This document shows, one piece after another, positions 19,080 to 29,147 of a DNA stretch of 64,000 nt. Positions within the stretch are counted from its first letter, which is position 1. Each line of letters starts with the position of its first letter. Source of the DNA: an uncultured delta proteobacterium (GTDB lineage Bacteria > Desulfobacterota > Zymogenia > Zymogenales > Zymogenaceae); the NCBI GenBank assembly GCA_963792965.1, contig CAWBYW010000009.1, positions 256,001 to 320,000 of the forward strand, given 5' to 3'. A program made the translations under genes and the position numbers. Under the pieces are notes generated by a model. The model saw only the letters and a list, made by a program, of their open reading frames with translations. It ran no database searches and was not told the origin of the DNA.

Positions 19080-19113
19080 GAGAGGGGCGGCCAAAAGCCG
19101 CCCCTCTCTTATT
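19080..19113 (+). terminator. terminator-like hairpin after copy 1
   Basis: GAGAGGGGCGGC-CAAAA-GCCGCCCCTCTC followed by TTATT. Confidence 0.75.
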
Positions 19114-19228
19114 GTAAGAGTCGGGTCGCATCTCGCCATCCCCTACGAATTGCCAATCTTCATGACATCCAAACGGATCTGGGGCTCGGAGCTCGGACCG
19201 GCCTTTGCCTGATGAGTGCACTTAATGC

Positions 19229-19258
19229 TTGACTCGCTATAACAAGCGACATTAGAAT
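19229..19258 (+). promoter_or_regulatory. sigma70 promoter of copy 2
   Basis: TTGACT-N18-TAGAAT with an overlapping palindrome TCGCT-N6-AGCGA. Confidence 0.55.
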
Positions 19259-19408
19259 CCGTTAACATGCACCGTTAGTCTCTCTTCGCGTGGACAGAGG
19301 TGGAATCTCACATCGCCACCGACCATCGTCCGTCATCGGAGCAATCCGGGCCTTCTTAGCGTTCATAGAGAGAATCCCGAATAAGCAGCAAAACATGGGA
19401 GGTAGAAA

Positions 19409-20471
19409 ATGAAGAAGATCGTTCTCGTAATCCTGGCCTTATTCTCTTTGGCCCTCTTTATCCCGGCGGCCTTCGCGGCCGACCCCGATGCGCTGCGTGG
19501 TTCAAGCCGACGCTGAGGGTCGGCGTCGCCTTCGACGCCGAGGCGCCCCATTACGCTTCGAACCAAGGGGAGTCGCTGTTCGGCATCGACGAGCCTCGAC
19601 GCTGAGACCTCCCGAGCACCGCGCGGCCCTATCTTGCCCTCGAGCTCCCGTTTGCCGTCACCGACCGGCTCACGATAGCGCTTGACGGCACTGGTCGTTT
19701 ACCGGCTCGGGAAGAGAGCTGGACGAGACGATATAACGACGCTCCGGAGTCCCGGCGAGATACTGGGATTCCGACGGCACGAGCCACTGGGTATCGGCCG
19801 ACCTGCTGGTATCCTATGCCCTGATCAAGGACACGCCGGTGATAAAGGATCTCTCGGTCGTCGCCGGCCTCCGCTGGGATTACCAGAGCGATGAGCTTTG
19901 AGCGACCCCCACACCGCTATTGGGGTCGCTATCTCGCCTGTCCGATACGATCGACTTCACGATGCAGACCCTGACGCCCGTCGCCGGGCTCACCTGCACG
20001 CTCACCGGCATCAAGCACGGCATCTGGGGGGGCGACATACACGTCGGCGTCCTGGCGGGTCCGGTCGTATGGGGGCATGAGGATTATAAAGAGATGTTCG
20101 GGAACGATCGCCTTCCGTTGACCGTTCAAGGACGATCTGAGCCACGGCTATATCGTGAAGGCCTTCGCCGATATCACGGTGCTCTCAGGTCAGATCACCC
20201 CGTGGATCGAAGGGTCGGTATCTATTTTCGCGACAATTGACCAAGACCAACGTGAAGGGCGGTGGTGGATGGCGAAGCGATCTTCTCAGACACCGGCGGT
20301 CGTCCGCCACCGTCCCCGTTCGATTTTGAGTCCGATAGCAGCGTGGTCGTTGTCGGGATCGGCGCATCGCTGGCGTTCGACATCTGCGGAAAGCCGACGC
20401 CGCCCGCCCCTCCGGCCGCACCCGTCGCGCCGGCTCCTGCGCCACAGCTGACGCCGATGAGCCAGAAGTAG
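19409..20471 (+). CDS. secreted outer-membrane beta-barrel-like protein, copy 2 (multiple frameshifts)
   Basis: Paralog of 18001-19053 with the same signal-peptide pattern, DLSVVAGLRWDYQ, MQTLTPVAGL, GPVVWGHEDY, and near-identical tail DICGKPTPPAPP...QLTPMSQK. Confidence 0.7.
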
Positions 20472-20497
20472 AGCGGACTCCTACAAGATACGTACGC

Positions 20498-20524
20498 AGA
20501 GGGGCGGCATCAAGCCGCCCCTTT
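20498..20524 (+). terminator. terminator-like hairpin after copy 2
   Basis: AGAGGGGCGGC-ATCAA-GCCGCCCCTTT. Confidence 0.7.
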
Positions 20525-20561
20525 CCTACATCAGCATTTTTGCAGAGAATGGGTTGGCCGC

Positions 20562-21311
20562 CTAGCCTCTCTTCAATATCAGGTACTTTTCCTTGAACTC
20601 CTTGATCTCGCCCGCCTCCGCGAAGCTGTAATATTCTCCCTGGCCGATGATGATGTGGTCGTGGACTTCGATATCGATCATGCGGGAGGCAAACACGAGG
20701 TTCCTGGTGATTTCGTAGTCCTGGGGTGAGGGCTTGGAGTGCCCGCTTGGGTGGTTGTGGACGAATATCATGCCCGAGGCGTTATGGCGTAGCGCCTCCT
20801 CGATGATCTTGCGGGGATAGACCATCGACTGGTTGATGGTCCCCTCGTGCAGGGTCTCGGTGTGGATGATCTCATTTTTGGCGTTGAGAAAGATAACCTT
20901 GAAGACCTCGTGCTTGAGCGACATCATCGACACCTTCAGATACTTGAGCACGTCGCCGGCCGATCGGAGGTATTCGCGGTTCCTGATTCGCTCCCTGAGG
21001 TAGAGGGTGGGCGCCGCCAGAAAGAACTTTATCAGAAAGGCCGCGTTTTCCCCCATACCCCCGACCGAAAGGAGCTCCTCCCTCGGTGCCTCCAGCACCC
21101 CTTGGATGTTCTTGAACCGGCGAAGCAGCTCCTTGGCGATGGGCTTTGTGTCTCTTCTCGGGATGGCGAACGTGAGGAGAAGCTCGATGATCTCGTAGTC
21201 GGCAAGCCCCTCGCCCCCCGCCTTGATGAATCGCTCCCTCAGCCTCTTGCGGTGGCCGAGATGGTCTTGTTTATGCGCGTCTCTTTTATCCGTATCGTTT
21301 GTTGACGACAC
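20562..21311 (-). CDS. radC: RadC/JAB-domain protein
   Basis: GHRKRLRERF, HNHPSG..PS..D, HDHIIIG. Confidence 0.95.
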   Translation of the reverse strand: MSSTNDTDKRDAHKQDHLGHRKRLRERFIKAGGEGLADYEIIELLLTFAIPRRDTKPIAKELLRRFKNIQGVLEAPREELLSVGGMGENAAFLIKFFLAAPTLYLRERIRNREYLRSAGDVLKYLKVSMMSLKHEVFKVIFLNAKNEIIHTETLHEGTINQSMVYPRKIIEEALRHNASGMIFVHNHPSGHSKPSPQDYEITRNLVFASRMIDIEVHDHIIIGQGEYYSFAEAGEIKEFKEKYLILKRG

Positions 21312-21373
21312 CGCCGCCTCGCCAATGACTCCGACCTATTGTACTGTAAAATGGGAAAAATCAAAGAAAAATA

Positions 21374-22734
21374 TTAACTTTTGACAAGGCGGGCGATGAA
21401 AAAGCCGTCCGGTACGTCAGGCTGGTCCTCGGCAAGCCGATCGGGAGTAGAGAAGACGGCCCCATCGGAAATGAGTGGCGCGCACGCCTCCCCGACGTAC
21501 GGCGTCACGTCGTCGAGTCTAAACTCCGGATGCGCGCCGAGAAAGTCGCGTACAGGCCGATACCCTCGTCCGGATTGATCGTGCAGACCGAATAGACCAG
21601 AGCGCCCCCCGCCTTCAGAAACTCGGCCGACGACTCGAGGATCTCCCGCTGTTTCTTCGCCAGTCCGGGGAGGTCTCCCGGCACCAGCCTCCACTTGATC
21701 TCGGGGCTTCTCCTGATGATGCCGAGGGCGCTGCAGGGCGGGTCGACGAGGACCCGGTCAAACCGTGTATCCGGTATCAACGGCGCGCGCGTGATATCGG
21801 CCGCCACGACTGAGAGCGACCGGATGCCGAGACGTCGGGCGTTTTCGGGGATCTTGCGCGCCCGGCCCTCGTTTATCTCTACCGACAACACGCTCCCCTC
21901 GTCCCCCATCAGCTCCGCGCAGAAGGTCCCCTTGATCCCCGGCGCGGCACAGACGTCCAGCACCGACATCCCCGGCCGCACGCCGAGCGCGATCGGAGAG
22001 AGCTGCGATGCCTCGTCCTGCACCGAGAAGAGCCCCTCCCGAAACGCCTCGTCCTTAAATATCGCCCCACCCCCGCGGAAAAGCACCCCGAACGGTGAAA
22101 ACCTTGCCGCGGACACCGCGTAGCCGCTACCGGAGAGGCGTGCTATGAGCTCTTGTCTGGTTACCGTGGTGGCGTTCGTCCTGAGGACGACCGGGGCACG
22201 CTCGGTGTACCGGAGGGCTACGGCGGTCGCCCTATCGATGCCGAAACGATCGATGAGAAACGACGCCAGCCAACGCGGAACGGAATAGCAGATGGAGAGA
22301 AATCCGATAGGGTCCTTTTTGGGGGAGGGGTAATCGATCGTCTCTATCCCGCGCAGGGCCGACCTGAGCACGCCGTTTACAAACGATCCCGAGCTTTTTT
22401 TGCCGAGGATTGCGGTAAGCTTCACCGCCTCATCGACCACAGCATAAGCGGGGACCTTCTCAAGGAAGAGGATCTGGTAAAGTGCGCTGCGCAGGATGTT
22501 CAACACGTCCGTATCGAGGGACGGCAGGGGTCGTTTTGAAAAGTGGGCCAGCACCCAGTCGATGTGCCCGAGGTTTCTCAGTGTGCCGTACGTGATCTCG
22601 GTGGCAAGCGCCCGATCCTCTATGGTGAGGGTCCTGTCTCTCTCCAGGAGGATATCGAGGATCGTGTCGGAATAGGCGCCGTCCTCAAGGACTGCGTTCA
22701 GCGCCCAGACGGCTGTGTTACGCGGACCCGACAT
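21374..22734 (-). CDS. rsmB: 16S rRNA m5C967 methyltransferase (frameshift near 21550)
   Basis: NusB-like N-domain; VQDEASQ; DVCAAPG; DPPCS; LVYSVCT; C-terminal DGFFIARL in another frame. Confidence 0.9.
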
Positions 22735-22798
22735 ATCTCTGATTCAAAATGGTAAGTGGAAATGCTGGGGCGAGCGACCGACAAGCCGCCATGTGGGT

Positions 22799-23744
22799 TT
22801 ACACAAGCGACGTTCCGATGGGGATTTTCTTTCCCCTGAGGAACTCCCCGGCCTCCATGCGTCGCTTCCCCGGCGCCTGAAGCTCCGTGATGACGACCGT
22901 CCCCCCGCGCGTGGCGACAAATATACCCGCGTCGTTCGTCCGGATTATCGTCCCCGGCGCGGCCTTGTCTCCCCCGTCGACGAGTGCGACCCTGAATATC
23001 TTGACCGTTTGATCTCCGAGGGTCGTGAAGGCACCCGGTCGGGGACTCATCCCTCTGACGCGATTCCTGATCTCGTCGGGGGTCGTCGTCCAGTCGATGC
23101 GCCCCTCTTCCTTCTTGAGCATAGGGGCGCGTGTCATTTTTGTCTGATCCTGAGCGACCGGGACGATCTTTTTTCCCTTGATGCCTCGGATCGTCTCGAC
23201 CAGGAGTTCGGCCCCGACCCAGGCAAGGCGTTCGGTTAGCTCGCCGGCGGTCTCATCCTCGCCGATTGTTACTTCGCGGGCCATCAGGATATCTCCGGTA
23301 TCCATCCCCTCGTCCAGCTGCATCGTCGTCACCCCGGTGACCGTCTCTCCGTCGATGATTGCGCGCTGGATGGGCGCCGCCCCGCGGTATTTCGGCAACA
23401 GCGACGCATGGACGTTGACACAGCCGTGGGGGGGGATTTCAAGGACGGCTTTCGGTAGGATCTGGCCGTAGGCCACCACGGCGCAGAGATCCGGCGCAAT
23501 CTCGCGCAGGCTTTCGATGAATCGGGGATCTCTTGCGCTTTCGGGGGCCAGGACCGGGACACCGTGCGCCTGGGCGACTTCCTTTACCGCGCTCTGAGCC
23601 GGGCTCCATGCCACGCCCCTTGGGGCGGTCGGGCTGGGTCACCACGGCAGCCACACGGTCTTCTCCCGAAAGGAGCGCCGTTAGCGACGGGACGGCGAAG
23701 TCGGGGGTGCCCATGAAGACAATCGTGATGGGTCTACCGCTCAC
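22799..23744 (-). CDS. fmt: methionyl-tRNA formyltransferase (frameshift near 23610)
   Basis: [10 protein letters not shown] and [12 protein letters not shown] in one frame; [17 protein letters not shown] in another. Confidence 0.93.
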
Positions 23745-24259
23745 CGTTGTCGTCGTCCTTCTTTATGAGTCCCTTCCTGACCTTTCGCTTATAGATATCC
23801 CGCTTCAGGCCGCTCACCCTGTTGAGGAGCAGCACGCCGTCCAGGTGATCTATCTCGTGCTGGAAAACGACCGCCAAAAGACCCGTCGGCATCAAAGATC
23901 CGCTCGTTTCCCTCCCGGTCGATCCCCGTGACGCAGACCCGTTCCTTGCGCTTGATCTTCTCGCGAAATTCCGGGAGTGACAGGCACCCCTCTTCGTAGA
24001 CCTGCTCGCCGTCGCAGGATATGATTTCGGGGTTTGCCAGCAGGATCGGCTCCTTCTTCTCTTCGTCCTTGACATCCAGAACGATGATCCGCTTATCGAT
24101 GCCCACCTGGGGGGCGGCCAGCCCGACCCCGGGGGCCGCATACATCGTCTCCAGCATATCTTCCATGAGCTTCTTGATATCCCCGTTGACGTCTTCTACT
24201 TCGTCCGCCCTCTTTGAGAGGATTGGGTCCGGGAATGTTACGATATTGAGTATAGTCAT
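23734..24259 (-). CDS. def: peptide deformylase (frameshift near 23885)
   Basis: [10 protein letters not shown] and EGCLS; QHEIDHLDG in the shifted frame. Confidence 0.93.
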
Positions 24260-24291
24260 AGCGCAAAATGATTAAGTTACCTAATCTTATA

Positions 24292-26733
24292 TTATAGCAT
24301 ATCCGTCGGGTCGATATCAACCGATATCATAACTCCCCGGCGCTCTTTCATCCCTCCGTCGAGCCCGATCTCGCCCAGAAGCTCAAAAAGGGACCTACGC
24401 TCCTGACCCTTCATCAAAATCTGGTAGCGGTAGCGGTCCATTATCCGGGCGATGGGTGAAGGGACGGGGCCGAGGATCTCGACGTCAAGCCCGCGGTCGG
24501 AAATGGCCCTGCGGCACTCATCGCGTATCCTGATCGACTCCCCGCACACCGCGTCCTGGTCCGTGCCGACAAGCCTGACCAGCACGATCCGCGAGAAGGG
24601 CGGGTAGGAGAGCTCGGCCCTGATTTGCCGCTCTTTTTCGGCGAACGCTGTATAGTCGTGATCGGCGGCCGCCTGTATCGCGTAGTGCTCCGGGTTATAC
24701 GTCTGTATCAGCACCGTCGAGACGGTGTCCCCCCGGCCGGCCCTTCCCGCCGCCTGGGTCAGAAGGGTGAAGGTCCTCTCGCTTGACCGGAAGTCGGGCA
24801 GATTGAGTGCGATATCGGCATTGATGACGCCCACCAGCGTCACGTCCGGAAAGTCGTGCCCCTTGGCCACCATTTGCGTTCCAAGCAGGATATCGGCCTC
24901 TTTCCGCGAGAAGGCCGAAAGGATCTTCTGGACCTCCCCCTTTCTCCGGGCGATATCGCGGTCGAGCCTGCTGATCCGGGCACCCGGCACGATGGACGAG
25001 ATCTCTTCCTCTACCCGCTGGATCCCCGTGCCCATGAGGAGGAGGTTATATGAGCCGCACTTCGTGCACGTATCGGGCGCCGGGGCATGAAAGCCGCAGT
25101 AGTGGCACAGGAGGCCCGCGGGATTTTTGTGGTAGGTCAGCGTGATGCTGCACGAAGGGCAGGGGAAGTTGTAACCACAGACGGGGCAGAGGATGAAGGA
25201 CGAAAAGCCCCGCCGGTTCAACAACACGATTGCCTGGCGACCGTCCGCAACCGTGCGGCGGAGTTCGTCGGCCAGCCTCTTGGAGACGCTGCGGGTGGCA
25301 AATTCGGCTCCCTTCAGGTCCACGATCTCCACGCGCGGGAGCTTTCCCATCTTTGTCACGCGCTCGGGAAGGGTGACCAGTGAGTAGCGTCCCCTCCTCG
25401 CGTTTTCCATGCTCTCAAGAGACGGGGTGGCCGACCCGAGGACGACCGCGGCGTTCTTGAGCCTGCCCAGCATCACCGCCGCGTCCCGCGCGTGATACCG
25501 CGGCGTCTCCCCCTGCTTGTAGGAGGGGTCGTGCTCCTCGTCGACGATGATGACACCGGGCTCCGAAACGGGGAGGAAGAGGGCCGAGCGCGCCCCGAGG
25601 ACGACGCGGGCTTTCTTCGCTTTCACGCGCCACCACTGGTCCAACCTCTCCCCCTCGGAGAGGCCACTGTGGAAAAGGGCGACCGTATTGCCGAGCCGGT
25701 GAACGAACCGCGCCAGCAGCTGCGGTGTCAGCGAGATCTCCGGGACGAGCACCAGCGCGTCCCTCCCCATAGCCAAGGCCTCCTGGGCCGCCCGGATATA
25801 GACCTCGGTCTTGCCGCTGCCCGTTACCCCAAAAAGGAGCCAGACGGAAAATTCTTTCTTGCGGATCGACCCCGTGATGCCTGCCAGCGCCCGTTCCTGG
25901 GCGGGGCTGAGCTGTTCGGGGATCATCGACTCCATGTCGGGGAGCTCGATTGCCCGCTCGCGATACTCCGTCGTCACTTCCACGGCGCCGATCCTCACCA
26001 GACGCCTTATCGGGCCCCCGAGGTCGCCCCACCGCTCTTTGAGGACGGGGTAGGCGACCTCGCCCTCTCGGCGGATATAGTCGAGGATTTCGCGCGCCTT
26101 CGGCGATCGGGCAAGCTGCGCTCCAAACCCCTCGGGCGGCTCGATCCCCGCCATCCGGACGATCTTTACGCTTCCCCGCTTTGCCCCGTGCGTGTCCATG
26201 ATCTCTTCGAAGACGACGGCGCCCGCGCGCGCGAGCCTGTCAAGGTGGTATCGCACGGCCTCTTTCTTGAGCCGCCTGATAAGCGCACCCACGGTGATCC
26301 CTTTGGGGTGTGAAGCGAGTTCGAGGATATCCCGCTCGATGTCCGACTCCCCGACGCAGCCGTCCACGGCCCGGACGGTCCGCCGGGTTTCGATGGTAAA
26401 GCCCCTCGGGAGCGCCCTCTTGATCACCTCGCCGAGGGGAGCGCAATAATAGTCTGCCATGAACCGGTAAAAACGGAATGTCTCCTCGTCGAAGAGAGGC
26501 TCCGAGTCCAACACATCGATAATATCCCTGACCTCCCCCACAAACGGGTGGTCCTCCCCGATGACAAAGCCGGTTACGATCTTTCTCTTGAGCGGGATGA
26601 GCACCCGTGTCCCGAAAGACACCTTATCGACAAGCGCCGAGGGGACCCGATAGGTGAGGGTCATGCCGAGGGAAGTCGCCGGGGCGATGCGGACGAGGCG
26701 GTCCGCCGTGATGTCTGGGAGGCTCCTGGTCAT
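24292..26733 (-). CDS. priA: primosomal helicase PriA
   Basis: GVTGSGKTEVY, DEEH, four CxxC, GTQMVAKGHDF, QAAGRAGR. Confidence 0.97.
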   Translation of the reverse strand: MTRSLPDITADRLVRIAPATSLGMTLTYRVPSALVDKVSFGTRVLIPLKRKIVTGFVIGEDHPFVGEVRDIIDVLDSEPLFDEETFRFYRFMADYYCAPLGEVIKRALPRGFTIETRRTVRAVDGCVGESDIERDILELASHPKGITVGALIRRLKKEAVRYHLDRLARAGAVVFEEIMDTHGAKRGSVKIVRMAGIEPPEGFGAQLARSPKAREILDYIRREGEVAYPVLKERWGDLGGPIRRLVRIGAVEVTTEYRERAIELPDMESMIPEQLSPAQERALAGITGSIRKKEFSVWLLFGVTGSGKTEVYIRAAQEALAMGRDALVLVPEISLTPQLLARFVHRLGNTVALFHSGLSEGERLDQWWRVKAKKARVVLGARSALFLPVSEPGVIIVDEEHDPSYKQGETPRYHARDAAVMLGRLKNAAVVLGSATPSLESMENARRGRYSLVTLPERVTKMGKLPRVEIVDLKGAEFATRSVSKRLADELRRTVADGRQAIVLLNRRGFSSFILCPVCGYNFPCPSCSITLTYHKNPAGLLCHYCGFHAPAPDTCTKCGSYNLLLMGTGIQRVEEEISSIVPGARISRLDRDIARRKGEVQKILSAFSRKEADILLGTQMVAKGHDFPDVTLVGVINADIALNLPDFRSSERTFTLLTQAAGRAGRGDTVSTVLIQTYNPEHYAIQAAADHDYTAFAEKERQIRAELSYPPFSRIVLVRLVGTDQDAVCGESIRIRDECRRAISDRGLDVEILGPVPSPIARIMDRYRYQILMKGQERRSLFELLGEIGLDGGMKERRGVMISVDIDPTDML

Positions 26734-26776
26734 CTTTCTCTGTGAAGTCGGTAAAAAGGAGGGCGTAAAGCGACGC

Positions 26777-27484
26777 TTATATCTCTATGCCCTTGTTGAC
26801 GAGTTTGGCGGCCAATTCGTCGTCGAAGATCTCCTCGGTTCCGAAGACCGTGATGCTCTTTCCGGATATCGATATCAGCTTGCGGCGGTTGAGCTCGTTG
26901 AGAACCCGGGATACCGTCTCGCGCGATGTCCCGACGATGGACGCGATGTCCTGCTGGGTGGGGCGCTTCTCGATCATGACGCCTCCCTCGACCTTCGTTC
27001 CCTCGGTTCGGGCCGAATCCAGGAGGAACCGCGCGATCCTTCCGTAGACATCCAGGAGGATCAGGTTCCCGATCCGCTCGTCGGCCCGGCGCATCCGCCG
27101 GCTCATCTCGGCAAGGATCGCCTTGGCGATGCTCGGGTTCTTCTCGATCTGGTAAAGGAAATCGTTGCGCTGTATGATGAGGAGCGTCGAATCCTCCATC
27201 GCGATGACGGTGGCAGATCTCGGCTCGCCGTCCAACAGTGACATCTCGCCGAAGAAGTCCCCGTCTTTGAGGATGGACAGGATGATCTCCTTTCCCTCCT
27301 CGGAGTGGAGGACCACCTTCACCCTCCCCGAGAGGATAACCATGAGCGAGTCACCCCGGTCGTCCTCCTGGACAATGATGCTCTCCTTGGAGAACCGCTT
27401 GCGGATGGCGCGCTCGGCGATGATCGACAATTCTTTGTCGCCGAGGCTCTTAAATATCGGTAGTCTTTTTATTACTTCGATCAT
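26777..27484 (-). CDS. Crp/Fnr-family regulator
   Basis: FFGEMSLLDGEPRSAT cNMP pocket; TQQDIASIVGTSRETVSR HTH; ATG 27484 preferred as start. Confidence 0.93.
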   Translation of the reverse strand: MIEVIKRLPIFKSLGDKELSIIAERAIRKRFSKESIIVQEDDRGDSLMVILSGRVKVVLHSEEGKEIILSILKDGDFFGEMSLLDGEPRSATVIAMEDSTLLIIQRNDFLYQIEKNPSIAKAILAEMSRRMRRADERIGNLILLDVYGRIARFLLDSARTEGTKVEGGVMIEKRPTQQDIASIVGTSRETVSRVLNELNRRKLISISGKSITVFGTEEIFDDELAAKLVNKGIEI

Positions 27485-27606
27485 ATAATACGAATTAAGC
27501 CTTTTTTTTGCTGCATCGCAGAAGAAATGGTAGCGTTTCAAGGGAATATTACCCGTTTGTAAATCTGTTGTCAATATGCAAATTTTATGGTATAGAAGAG
27601 CAGCTC

Positions 27607-28356
27607 ATGATCATTATTAAGTCAAAAGACGAGATTACGGCCCTGCGGCACGCCAACCGCGCGGCGGCCGAGGCGCTTGACGAGGTTGTCCACGCCATAC
27701 GGCCGGGGATCACCACCCAAGAGCTCGACGACATCGCGCGGGAGGGGATCATCCGACGGGGGGGTAAACCCGCCTTCTTGGGCTACCGCGGCTATCCCAA
27801 GAGCCTGTGCGTCTCGCGGAACGAACAGGTAGTCCACGGGATACCGGGAAACCGGAAGATCAAGGAAGGGGACGTGGTAAGCCTTGATCTCGGCGCGGTC
27901 AAGGACGGGTTCGTCGGCGATCTCGCGGTCACCGTGGCGGTGGGAGAGGTGACGAGCCAGGCGGAAAAGCTCATCCGCGTCACCCGCGAGGCGCTCTATC
28001 GGGGCATCGACCAGGCACGGGTCGGCAACCGCCTCTACGATATCTCTGCCACAGTCGAATCTCACGTGAAGGCAAACGGGTTTTCGGTAGTTCGTCAGTT
28101 CGTGGGGCACGGCATCGGGCGCGACATGCACGAGGAGCCCCAGATACCCAACTTCGGCACGAAGGGCACCGGGGTGCGGCTCAAGGCCGGGATGACTCTT
28201 GCGATCGAGCCGATGGTGAACGTGGGGAGTTGGGAGGTGAAGGTGCTGGCCGACGGCTGGACGGTCGTCACGGTGGACGGTTCCCTCTCCGCCCATTTTG
28301 AGCACACGATCGCCATCACGGACGACGGGCCGATAGTCCTGAGCGAATTAGACTGA
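27607..28356 (+). CDS. map: type I methionine aminopeptidase
   Basis: MIIIKS, NEQVVHGIP, GHGIGRDMHEEP, AIEPM, SAHFEHT. Confidence 0.97.
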   Translation: MIIIKSKDEITALRHANRAAAEALDEVVHAIRPGITTQELDDIAREGIIRRGGKPAFLGYRGYPKSLCVSRNEQVVHGIPGNRKIKEGDVVSLDLGAVKDGFVGDLAVTVAVGEVTSQAEKLIRVTREALYRGIDQARVGNRLYDISATVESHVKANGFSVVRQFVGHGIGRDMHEEPQIPNFGTKGTGVRLKAGMTLAIEPMVNVGSWEVKVLADGWTVVTVDGSLSAHFEHTIAITDDGPIVLSELD

Positions 28357-28506
28357 AAGCGACCACAGGGATCGATCAAGCCCGATAGGCTCCACGCCTC
28401 GTTATTCCTTTTCCCGTTCGACCTTTTGTGTCTAACCGACTTTCCCGGACGACGGAAGAAAAACCCAGCAAGATAATCTGAAACAGTGAAAGAGGTTATT
28501 ATTTTC

Positions 28507-28541
28507 TTGACACGAATAATATTCTAAAATATAGTTCTACT
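28507..28541 (+). promoter_or_regulatory. leaderless sigma70 promoter with tandem operator-like palindromes
   Basis: TTGACA-N17-TATAGT ending 6 nt before the ATG; GAATA-A-TATTC palindrome in the spacer. Confidence 0.75.
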
Positions 28542-29147
28542 ATGAAAAGGATCGACACGAGAAACCGAAGCACCCCCGCACGAAAGAAGGAGATCATCCG
28601 TGCGGCGCTTGCGTGCTTTACGGAATTAGGGATTGATCAGACGGGCATGGCCGACATCCGCAAGAAGTCGGGCGTGAGCACCGGCAGCATCTATCACCAC
28701 TTCACCGGCAAGGAGCAGCTTGCGGCCGAGGTTTATCTGGAGGGGATACGGGATTATCAGGAGGGCTTTCTCGCGGCGATGGAAGAGAAGCAGGACGCCC
28801 GGGAAGGGATCCTCGCCGTCATTTCGTACCACCTGAAATGGGTAGAGGACAATCCGGAGTGGGCACGTTTCCTGTTTCGAGAGCGCCGCGCGGACTTCAT
28901 GAAGGCGACGGAGGAGGAGTTTGTGAGCACAAATGCGGCTTTCTTCGGACGCGCATCGCTCTGGATCGGTAGACACATCAAGGCGGGCTCCATAAGACGG
29001 CTCCCGCCGGACCTCTACGTCGCCCTCCTTCTGGGCCCCTGTCAGGAATATACCCGGATGCATCTGGCCGGCCACGCCCGGGCTAACCCCGCCGAGATCG
29101 CCCGGGAGCTCGCGGATGCCGTCTGGCGAGCCATTGGCACAGAGTGA
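28542..29147 (+). CDS. TetR/AcrR-family regulator
   Basis: IIRAALACFTELGIDQTGMADIRKKSGVSTGSIYHHFTGKEQL. Confidence 0.95.
   Translation: MKRIDTRNRSTPARKKEIIRAALACFTELGIDQTGMADIRKKSGVSTGSIYHHFTGKEQLAAEVYLEGIRDYQEGFLAAMEEKQDAREGILAVISYHLKWVEDNPEWARFLFRERRADFMKATEEEFVSTNAAFFGRASLWIGRHIKAGSIRRLPPDLYVALLLGPCQEYTRMHLAGHARANPAEIARELADAVWRAIGTE

Noticed and set aside
17928-20524. CRISPR array, integron cassettes or diversity-generating retroelement
   Set aside because: Repeats are 10 bp and over 1 kb apart; no attC-like GTTRRRY structure recognised; no Cas, integrase or reverse transcriptase; differences between the copies are not adenine-specific.
20562-21311. radC as a marker of a mobile element
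   Set aside because: It is the full-length chromosomal type next to rsmB-fmt-def, with no mobile genes around it.
21374-24259. Programmed frameshifting or true pseudogenes in def, fmt and rsmB
   Set aside because: No slippery heptamers noticed at the breaks, motifs are intact on both sides, and indels are widespread nearby; sequencing error is the simpler explanation.
27556-27576. TGTAA-N6-TGTCA as a Crp box between crp and map
   Set aside because: Weak match that is largely explained by a minus-strand TTGACA -35 box.
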